Below are positions 1 to 6,576 of a DNA stretch of 11,222 bases, one piece after another. Within the stretch, counting starts at the first letter, position 1. Each line of letters opens with the position of its first letter. The notes beneath the pieces are model-generated. The model had not been told where the DNA came from. It worked only from the letters and a program-made list of their open reading frames with translations, and did not search any database. The DNA lies in assembly GCA_002763225.1 (NCBI GenBank), contig PFAI01000058.1, forward strand, positions 1 to 11,222, read 5' to 3'. The stretch is from Candidatus Diapherotrites archaeon CG10_big_fil_rev_8_21_14_0_10_31_34 (GTDB taxonomy: Archaea > Iainarchaeota > Iainarchaeia > Iainarchaeales > 1-14-0-10-31-34). Both the position numbers and the translations under genes were made by a program.

Positions 1-2185
1 CATCAATTAACATCCAGACAATAGGCATATCACTTTCTTTTTTTTCTCCTTCAATTAATTTTATTTCTTCTTCTTTTCTGTAAAGCATTCTTTCTTCAAA
101 CAATTTTTTTCCAATTAAAGCAACAATTATTTCTCTTGTTCCTTCCATTCCAATTGCCTGACGATAAGCAGAAACATCAATAATAGTTATTTTTCCTGGT
201 TCAGCTAAATCCTTTATTTTGGTTCCTTCTTTTTCAAACAAACCCCAGCTTTTAGCTACCTTTAATCTGCCTATTACTGCGTCCTTGGTTTTTTTGTCTG
301 CATCTTTATCTAATTGAACAGCAGAAATAAGTTTTGGAATATCATATAAAGTTCCAAACTTTTCTTTTATTTCATCAACTATTCTTGAAAGCAATACTCC
401 TTCTGCTTCCTTCCAGCTTAAATTAAATAATGCAAGCCATTCCTCTGATTCAAGTTCAGAAACTTTTAAAGTAAATGCTCCATCCACTGGAATCTTTTTT
501 TCTTTATAAAACGAAAGTTTTCCTTTTGGAACCAAAACTCTTGCATCAGTTTTGTCTGGAGTCAAATCCCAGTTAAACAATTCAGCTTTTTCTTCTTTGT
601 TTGGAACTTTCAAGGTCCAGAAAATTCCTACAGTGTCAATTGCAATAACAGAAATCCTTTTTTTTATGCTGATAGGCTGTCTTGCAAACTCTTCAAGCAA
701 AACTGCTAGCGAATATGAGTTATGGACAATAATGTCGTTTGCAACAAAATTGTGGTTTTCTGGAACAGTTAAATCATAAACCCAAAAATCGCCATTTAAT
801 TCTTCTATTGATTTTATTTCATCCCAAAAAATATCTGATTGGGCAATTAACTGAATTAACTCATTCTCATCGGCTCTTGCTATTTGAAGAAGTTTTTGTC
901 TGCTAGGGGAATAATGCATGCTTTCCCTTAAAGATTTGGGAAACTTATACCCTATCTTTCTCCCTATTTCAGCCCAGTTTTTTGGTCTATAGTGATCCCA
1001 AATTTCTTTTGGAACAGTGTCAATATTAGGGTTTCTCTTCAAAAACCTGATTTCTTGTAATGCATTTTTTTGTCTTAACTCTTTTTCTCCAAAAAAACTA
1101 ATTTCCTTCAAAAACTTTTCAATGTTTTCTCCTTTTAACTCTAACTCAAAACTACCAAAAGTTTTTTCATTAAGCACGTTTATTTTTTTTCTTAATATAC
1201 TGAAAATCTCAAATCTAGTTAACAAGTGTTGAATAGATCTGATTATTTGCTCTGAGTTTGACGCACAGGAAACCCTCCAGCTTTTTGTATTGGAATCAAA
1301 ATAAATTGTTCCGTCACAGCTAAAATATCTGTTCAAGAACAAGGCAACTTTTTGTTTTGGTATTTTAAAAATTATTTCAGGAATAACTTTGTTTGCTGAA
1401 GTTAAATTGTAAATCCCTAATTCTTTAAGCCAGTTCTTTAAAGTATGCGGATTAACTTTCTTATCCCCCAAAATCTTTTTTTTAAGGCTTTTGCACACTA
1501 CCCTGTAATTGTTTTTTTGGCTTAAGTTTACAGTTAAATTTAAATCAAAATCATTCACTGCATTCTTGAAGTCCTCTATTAAAACTTTATCTTCGTTGCT
1601 GAACCAGACAGTTTGCAGTTTTGTGTGCCCTTCTGCAATCAGGTAAGCCAAAAGCTTTACTTCGCTTTCCTTCAAGAATTCTTCCCCAAAAACTTCTGTT
1701 TTTCTCGGCGTTGCAATCCTTGAACCTTTATTTAATTCTTGTACAGGAATCCAACCATTAATAGTAAGCAACGGATGTTCTGGAGTCAGTTTAATTTCTT
1801 TTCCACTTCTCAAGGAAATCTTAAGCATCCTGTTTACTTTTCTTTTGTAAAATTCAGTTTTATTTGCCTTCTCAATTTTATACTTGTGATTCAAATTAAG
1901 TATTTTTCTTTTGTCTTTCTCCAAAGCTTTTATTGGAGTTAAAGAGCCATCCTCTAAAGTTATCAAAGTATCTCCGTCAAGGCATTTTCCTCCACCTCTT
2001 TTGCCGCAGATTAAAACCACATGAGGCTTGGCTATATCCATCAAGATTTTTCTTCCTAAAACAGGGTTTTCGCCTGAACTCATAACCACTTTACCAATAT
2101 AAGCAGTTCCTTTTTCCCTGTATTTTTCCAGGTCATGAAGGCTTCTTCCAATAACAGCTTTTTTTTCTCCTAAATCAATTGACAT
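1..2185 (-). CDS. HerA/FtsK-superfamily (DUF87-like) P-loop ATPase precursor containing an intein; 3' end lies beyond the window edge
   Basis: Manual translation from ATG at 2185: MSIDLGEKKAVIGRS...KILMDIAKPHVVLICGKRGGGK|intein|SYSLAVLLEE...VIAIDTVGIFWTLK...ITIIDVS...MPIVWMLID(E). Spliced Walker A is GKRGGGKS; Walker B hhhhDE is at the window edge. The reading frame is consistent at the start, both splice junctions and position 1. Absent from the ORF track because its stop is outside the window. Confidence 0.9.
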   Translation of the reverse strand, partial: MSIDLGEKKAVIGRSLHDLEKYREKGTAYIGKVVMSSGENPVLGRKILMDIAKPHVVLICGKRGGGKCLDGDTLITLEDGSLTPIKALEKDKRKILNLNHKYKIEKANKTEFYKRKVNRMLKISLRSGKEIKLTPEHPLLTINGWIPVQELNKGSRIATPRKTEVFGEEFLKESEVKLLAYLIAEGHTKLQTVWFSNEDKVLIEDFKNAVNDFDLNLTVNLSQKNNYRVVCKSLKKKILGDKKVNPHTLKNWLKELGIYNLTSANKVIPEIIFKIPKQKVALFLNRYFSCDGTIYFDSNTKSWRVSCASNSEQIIRSIQHLLTRFEIFSILRKKINVLNEKTFGSFELELKGENIEKFLKEISFFGEKELRQKNALQEIRFLKRNPNIDTVPKEIWDHYRPKNWAEIGRKIGYKFPKSLRESMHYSPSRQKLLQIARADENELIQLIAQSDIFWDEIKSIEELNGDFWVYDLTVPENHNFVANDIIVHNSYSLAVLLEEFARQPISIKKRISVIAIDTVGIFWTLKVPNKEEKAELFNWDLTPDKTDARVLVPKGKLSFYKEKKIPVDGAFTLKVSELESEEWLALFNLSWKEAEGVLLSRIVDEIKEKFGTLYDIPKLISAVQLDKDADKKTKDAVIGRLKVAKSWGLFEKEGTKIKDLAEPGKITIIDVSAYRQAIGMEGTREIIVALIGKKLFEERMLYRKEEEIKLIEGEKKESDMPIVWMLID
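719..1984 (-). mobile_element. Intein (422 aa) with LAGLIDADG homing endonuclease, inserted in Walker A of the ATPase
   Basis: Block A CLDGDTLITLEDGS starts at 1984; block B KLTPEHPLL; endonuclease blocks C (LLAYLIAEGH) and E (FLNRYFSCDG); block H-like IQHLLTRFEI; blocks F/G WVYDLTVPENHNFVANDIIVHN end at 719, followed by the +1 Ser nucleophile. Confidence 0.95.
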
Positions 2186-2343
2186 AATTATCAGTAATAC
2201 AACGCAAAACACAATTAAATAGTTTGCGTTCTGCCTTTTTCAGAAAAATGCAAGCTGCCAAAAAGATTTTTGCAAAACAAAAACTTTATCAACGGCATTC
2301 AGCCTCAAAAAACATTAAAAACTGTTTCAAAGGAAAATCTTTA

Positions 2344-2916
2344 ATGGAATACATTATAATTGACATTGAAACCTGCCCGATAGAATTAGAAGGCTATTTA
2401 GAGTTAAGCGAAACAGACAAAAAAAAATTATTAAATCCAATTGACTCAAGAACTGTAGCAATAGGGTTAAGGCATGGCTCAAAAAACATTGTAATTCAGG
2501 ATGAAAACGAGAAACTAATGCTAGAAGAATTCTGGAAAGAAATCAAAAACTTTATTGGAAAAGACTTAAAGAAAAAAATTGTTGGATTTAATTTAAAGGA
2601 ATTTGATTTGCCTTTTTTAGTGACAAGAAGTTTTATCAATAACGTAAAAATTTTTCCTTTCAAAATAAAAGAAATAATTGACTTAAGGGAAAAAGTTTCT
2701 GCTTTTAGGTATGGTTTTACAAGAGGAAAACTAAAAGAATTCGGCGAAGCATTAGACATTGAACTGCATGAAATGGATGGTTCAATGGTGGCAGAAGAAT
2801 GCATTAAAGGCAACATGGAAAAAATCAAAGAATACTTAAACAAGGATTTAGAAATAACAGATAAAATGCTGAAAAGAATAATTGAAACAAACATAATTGA
2901 AATAGAACGATGGTAG
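2344..2916 (+). CDS. DEDDy 3'-5' exonuclease / RNase H-like protein (PolB-exonuclease-like, stand-alone)
   Basis: ExoI IIIDIET, ExoII VGFNLKEFDLPFL, ExoIII YLNKDL. ATG 2344 is preferred over the track's TTG at 2224 because ExoI normally lies at the N-terminus. Confidence 0.85.
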   Translation: MEYIIIDIETCPIELEGYLELSETDKKKLLNPIDSRTVAIGLRHGSKNIVIQDENEKLMLEEFWKEIKNFIGKDLKKKIVGFNLKEFDLPFLVTRSFINNVKIFPFKIKEIIDLREKVSAFRYGFTRGKLKEFGEALDIELHEMDGSMVAEECIKGNMEKIKEYLNKDLEITDKMLKRIIETNIIEIERW

Positions 2917-3540
2917 TTAAAGCTCTTTAACGTAAAAATCTCCTTTTCTGGTAAAGCCTCTTGCTTCAGCTAATCTTTCATATAAAGCAATCATTCTTTT
3001 TCTTATTGCTTCAACTTCTTGTTCTGGCAGGCCTTTTTTTCCCACTGCATAATATGCCTGAAGAGTTTCTGGAACTCTGATCTTAACTGAAACAAAACCA
3101 GTTTTTTTTGCATGCTCTTCAATTAAATCAAACAAAAAATCAAAAGCATTTTTTTTATGGATTGAACTAAAAACATCAAGGTTTGAGCGGACTTTCCTGC
3201 CCCCTTTAATTCCTTCCACTATTAAATTATTCTTTTGAAAACCCAAATAAACTGTTGTCAAAACTTTATTTTTTTTTAAATTAACATCAGATTGCCTTAA
3301 ACTGATCGAAGCAGGGGATTCATCCATTAAAGACCAGTAATCCTTGTCTATTTCACCAGAAACAGAATATGCAATTCTTTTTTTTCCTTTCAGTTTAAGA
3401 GAAGGAAAAGAATCAAAAAAAGTTTTTCCCAATTTCAAGACTCTCCTTTTAGTAGCAGTAGAATACCATTCACCCCATTTCCTTCTTAAAACAAAACGGG
3501 TTATTTCTTTTCTTATTGGAAGAAAACGCATTTTTTTCAT
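2917..3540 (-). CDS. Hypothetical basic protein; possible GNAT/VirK(DUF535)-like fold
   Basis: 207-aa ORF with a TATA-like TTTTATTAA about 22-30 nt upstream (likely leaderless). LIVEGIKGG, LFDLIEEHAKKTGF and LYERLAEARGF resemble GNAT/VirK-like segments; the family call is weak. Confidence 0.6.
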   Translation of the reverse strand: MKKMRFLPIRKEITRFVLRRKWGEWYSTATKRRVLKLGKTFFDSFPSLKLKGKKRIAYSVSGEIDKDYWSLMDESPASISLRQSDVNLKKNKVLTTVYLGFQKNNLIVEGIKGGRKVRSNLDVFSSIHKKNAFDFLFDLIEEHAKKTGFVSVKIRVPETLQAYYAVGKKGLPEQEVEAIRKRMIALYERLAEARGFTRKGDFYVKEL

Positions 3541-3630
3541 AAATAAATTATTACTTAGAGATTAATAAAAGAAGTAGTGGAAAACGCTTTGCTTTTCTGC
3601 AAAGCGTTCCAGAAAATTCTGCAAATTCTG

Positions 3631-3986
3631 TTTTTGTTCAACCTTTTTTTGAAAAAGGTTGTGGAAGTTTTTTTCTTTTGGCAAAGAAGGTCTTTTTTTG
3701 TTGAACCTTTTTTGAAAGGTTGTGTTTTTGATACAACTTTTTTCTTTTTTGTTGAACCTTTTTTAAAAAGGTTCTGGTATTGAAAGTAAGGAATTATTTT
3801 TTGGTATTGTGTTAAGGAAGTTAAGCATCCTTTTGGCAACCTGCCTTTTGGAAAAGGCGGGTAAAAAGGTTTGTGCCAAGCCATTAAAATAAAACTGGGG
3901 GGTCTTATTAGTAATTTTACGGCTTGGCACAAGCGTGGGAGTAAAGTAAAACTTTTCTTTTGATAAAACTTTTTCTAAAAGTTTTG
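3631..3986 (+). repeat. Cluster of AT-rich REP-like palindromes (TTTTG-N3-AAC/AAA-CTTTT-loop-AAAAG-GTT/TTT)
   Basis: Units at 3631-3661, 3696-3722, 3747-3774, 3958-3986, a GC-richer variant at 3831-3862 and a partial at 3726-3744. The unit at 3631-3661 nearly matches the reverse complement of 8188-8218. Confidence 0.8.
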
Positions 3987-4448
3987 TTTGATGAAATACA
4001 AAACTTTTTTTCCTGACTGAGCTTTTTTCAGATAGCCTTCCTTAAATAATTTATTCAGTCTCTGAGAGGCAGCATTAACTCCTTTATAATTCAATTCAGT
4101 TTGAATCTCTGAAGCTGTAACTGCATTTTTTTTAGTGACTAAATCCATTATTTTTTTGTCTTGTTCGGCCAGTAAAATAAAAGAATTTTCTTCTTTTACT
4201 TCAGGAACTTTACCTGTTTTAAGCTCTAACATTATGTTATCATATTTGTCATTAATGTCAGATAAAATTTTGTTTGTTGCTTCCCTTTCCTGAGCCAACT
4301 TAAATAACAGCATTGCAACGAAAAATGGATCCTTGCTTTGCTGGAATAAATCCTGAATGTCCATTGTGAGTTCATCAAATTTAGGAGACAGTTTTTTTAC
4401 TGCTTCCCTGGATTTGAGTAACTCCTTGAACATATCATGATTATTCAT
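3975..4448 (-). CDS. Transcriptional regulator with N-terminal helical/coiled-coil region and C-terminal winged HTH
   Basis: C-terminal LAEQDKKIMDLV...VTASEIQTELNYKGVNAASQRLNKLFKEGYLKK...KKVLYF is a typical wHTH pattern. The N-terminal half is heptad-like. Confidence 0.8.
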   Translation of the reverse strand: MNNHDMFKELLKSREAVKKLSPKFDELTMDIQDLFQQSKDPFFVAMLLFKLAQEREATNKILSDINDKYDNIMLELKTGKVPEVKEENSFILLAEQDKKIMDLVTKKNAVTASEIQTELNYKGVNAASQRLNKLFKEGYLKKAQSGKKVLYFIKQNF

Positions 4449-4488
4449 GTCATATCATGATAGTATCATGATATTTAAAAGCTTTTCG
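4431..4488 (-). promoter_or_regulatory. BRE/TATA promoter of the wHTH gene with three TATCATGAT(A) palindromic operator-like sites
   Basis: Minus strand reads CGAAAAGC TTTTAAATA, about 25-30 nt upstream of ATG 4448. Perfect 10-bp palindromes TATCATGATA at 4453-4462 and 4464-4473; third copy TATCATGAT at 4433-4441. Confidence 0.7.
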
Positions 4489-4544
4489 TTTTTGGATTTT
4501 AGATTAGAAGCCAATTATATAAATTTATATAATTTAAAAATTTG

Positions 4545-4587
4545 AAAAAAAAGAAATTGTTTGATTTGACAAAAGCAAATCAAACAA
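4545..4587 (-). terminator. Hairpin plus U-tract downstream of the acidic-peptide ORF
   Basis: Perfect 12-bp stem TTGTTTGATTTG (4557-4568) / CAAATCAAACAA (4576-4587) with a 7-nt loop, followed on the minus strand by TTTCTTTTTTTT (4556-4545). Confidence 0.7.
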
Positions 4588-4612
4588 GTTAAAACAGTTT
4601 TTCTGAGTTTAC

Positions 4613-4663
4613 TTAGTCGTCGTCTTCTGTTTCTTCTATGTCGTCAAAGTCTTCGTCGCCCAT
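4613..4663 (-). CDS. Putative 16-aa acidic micropeptide MGDEDFDDIEETEDDD
   Basis: ATG at 4663, TAA at 4615-4613, AAGGAGG at 4678-4672 with an 8-nt spacer (alba and the 282-aa gene have 9 and 7 nt after GGAGG). 11 of 16 residues are D/E. An in-frame ATG at 4696 without an SD would give 27 aa. Confidence 0.6.
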   Translation of the reverse strand: MGDEDFDDIEETEDDD

Positions 4664-4848
4664 AAAAAATTCCTCCTTATTTAAAGTAATAAGCATAAAA
4701 TCAATTGCATTAAAAATAGCTTTAGCTGGAATAAAACTCAAAGAAACAGTTTTTGTTTTTTCAGCTTAATGCTTTTTTAAAAAACCACTGCACACCAAAA
4801 TTCTAAAAATTTTGTCTCCACAGCGTAACTATTATACCTCTATCAAAG

Positions 4849-4864
4849 TATTTAAATGTTTCTA
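4849..4864 (-). promoter_or_regulatory. Putative BRE/TATA promoter for the micropeptide transcript
   Basis: Minus strand TAGAAACA TTTAAATA; implies a transcription start near 4825-4830. Confidence 0.5.
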
Positions 4865-4877
4865 AAAAAGAAAAAAA

Positions 4878-5153
4878 CAATGCTATCACGATTCCACTCG
4901 CGAGTAACAGTGCGAAACATAAAGTTGCGCCAGCCCCATGCAAAGCACGGTGCATCGTGTTTAACCGGCGAAACGGTTATCGTGCTCAAACGACGAAACA
5001 GCAGGACCGAAGGTCGTGCATTTTGCTTAAACTTTTCTTAAAAGTTTATTGCAGTGCTATCGAAGATAGCACGCGTTACTCACGTTTTAAAGCAGTGCTA
5101 CTGAAAGTAGCACGCTCTCTTCCGAGGAGCAGCTCGGAGCGGACGCAACCGGC
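4878..5153 (+). repeat. GC-rich mosaic hairpin repeat element, copy A (REP/BIME-like)
   Basis: Shares blocks with 7035-7150: 4980-4999 vs 7066-7085 (19/20), 5044-5081 vs 7086-7123 (37/38), 5139-5151 vs 7124-7136 (13/13), and ACAGCAGGAC...GTCGTGC. Contains internally duplicated hairpin modules and is much richer in CpG than its flanks. Confidence 0.85.
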
Positions 5154-5426
5154 TTATTTCTTCATTAGAATTTCTATTGAAGAAACTTTTAATGGCCCGC
5201 CTTCATCTGTTGCTATTTCTTCTGTTGAAGTTGAAATGCTAGTAATTTTTAAGTCTTTCATAAACTTGTTTCTGACTATTTCAGATACATCAACTGCCCT
5301 GGAAATTGCTTTTCCTCTTGCTTTAATTGCTATTTCAGTTGCTCCTGAATTAACTTGTGTTACAACAGCCAAAACATATGCCATTGTGCCTTTCTTTCCA
5401 ATAAAAATAGTATTTTCTTCTGCCAT
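5154..5426 (-). CDS. albA: DNA/RNA-binding chromatin protein Alba
   Basis: 90 aa with [31 protein letters not shown] and VSSIEI motifs; SD GGAGGTG at 5440-5434. Confidence 0.96.
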   Translation of the reverse strand: MAEENTIFIGKKGTMAYVLAVVTQVNSGATEIAIKARGKAISRAVDVSEIVRNKFMKDLKITSISTSTEEIATDEGGPLKVSSIEILMKK

Positions 5427-5552
5427 AACTCTGCACCTCCAAAGTGTTATTTATAGTTTATTGTTTACTGAATATGGCTGTAGTTAATTATAAAAGATTG
5501 TGTTTATTAAAGTTGCGTTAAAAAGAAAAAAAATAGGAAAATCTGAGATAAA

Positions 5553-6401
5553 TTATCTCAGATACTTTAAAGTTGCGTCAAAGATTCCTTTTGAATACCC
5601 TGGGTCATAACCAAAATAAAGGCTTTTTCCGATTACAAGCTTTTTTTCAACTATTGCTGGATATTGGTCTGCTTCGCTTTCATAAGGATACATTTCAATC
5701 CATGCAATCTGGTTTCCTGTAATATTAACCGGCAAAGTTTCAAGAGTATAATTGTATCCTCCTTCTCCTGGAGCATATTCTATTCCTTTCATTATTGGAT
5801 GCTTGAAATCGTCTCTGTAAATTCTTCCTGTAACATAAACTTTTTTAGTGCATCCTCTTACATCATCTTCTCCTATAATATCACAAGAAACAGGGACAAT
5901 GTCTCCAAAAGTTGCTTCCCAGCCTAATATTGCTGAATCATTTGTTCTTCTAATACCTGAATCCATTACTAAAATGAATTTTCCACCTTTGCCGACATAA
6001 TCCTTTATTGCTTCACCTAACTGCCTTGAAATATCTTTTTCTGATTCCAAATGCTGGTCTAAAACCACAATATCATATTCACCTAAAATGTCTTCTGGAT
6101 TAGTTTTAAGTCTGTCAGCACCCCTGAAATCATATCTGACTAAATCTTTGTCCTGATTTAATACGTCTTTGAATTCAGCTGAAGGACTTCCAATAATCAG
6201 CATGCGCATTGGACCTTTATCAGTTAACCCTGGAATATTCCAGAAACCAAACTGATGCCCTAAAAAAGCAATTATTATTATAATTAAAATTAATGGGATT
6301 ATTCCTTCTAAGGAATACTTTAGTTTTGACTGAACTCCTGAATCATGTGGACCAAAATCCTGAGACATTGGTTCAGGCGCCATTCCTCCTTCATCGTACA
6401 T
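5553..6401 (-). CDS. Membrane-anchored protein with class I glutamine-amidotransferase-like (flavodoxin-type) domain; paralog of 7151-8113
   Basis: One hydrophobic segment (IIPLILIIIIIAFLG), then MLIIG, YDIVVLD, IKDYVGKGGKFILVMDSG, HPIMKGI, GKSLYF. SD GGAGG at 6413-6409. Confidence 0.75.
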   Translation of the reverse strand: MYDEGGMAPEPMSQDFGPHDSGVQSKLKYSLEGIIPLILIIIIIAFLGHQFGFWNIPGLTDKGPMRMLIIGSPSAEFKDVLNQDKDLVRYDFRGADRLKTNPEDILGEYDIVVLDQHLESEKDISRQLGEAIKDYVGKGGKFILVMDSGIRRTNDSAILGWEATFGDIVPVSCDIIGEDDVRGCTKKVYVTGRIYRDDFKHPIMKGIEYAPGEGGYNYTLETLPVNITGNQIAWIEMYPYESEADQYPAIVEKKLVIGKSLYFGYDPGYSKGIFDATLKYLR

Positions 6402-6576
6402 CTTCCTTCCTCCAAAAAAATTATTGTATACATTAATTGTTTTTAGTTCTTTAAATATTTATCTTTAAAGACTTTCAAACTGCAATATTAAAGCGTTTTT
6501 AGTTTATAAAGCTTTCTGATTAAGAAATGAAAAAAAAAGCAAAAGAATTTAAACCAGAAAAAACATTAAATAAAAC

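Noticed and set aside
552..1942. Track ORFs 552-779, 1017-1232 and 1739-1942 (+)
   Set aside because: Antisense shadows of the ATPase-intein gene.
2224..2343. N-terminal extension of the exonuclease from TTG 2224
   Set aside because: It spans the divergent promoter region; the ExoI motif starts directly after ATG 2344.
1..2916. HerA + nuclease anti-phage defence module
   Set aside because: The two genes are divergent rather than co-transcribed, and the neighbourhood is housekeeping (alba, secG); nothing else supports a defence island.
3631..3862. CRISPR array suggested by recurring ~28-nt palindromic repeats (also 8118-8242)
   Set aside because: Repeats differ from each other, spacing is irregular (0 to over 50 nt), spacers are low-complexity, and there is no cas gene in the window.
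3555..3932. Track ORFs 3555-3932 (-) and 3577-3783 (+)
   Set aside because: They are translations of the AT-rich palindromic repeats (repeated PFKKGSTKK / VEPFLK) with no protein-like features.
4878..5153. Single-copy structural RNA (tRNA, SRP RNA, RNase P RNA) or hammerhead ribozyme
   Set aside because: No cloverleaf/TPsiC arm, SRP helix-8 motif, RNase P GAGGAAAGUCC or CUGAUGA core was found; near-identical modules recur at 7035-7150, which fits a repeat.
4856..5487. Track ORFs 4856-5041 and 4957-5487 (+), and 7096-7290 (+)
   Set aside because: They read through the GC-rich repeat and antisense to alba or the 7151 gene; open frames are explained by repeat composition and shadowing.
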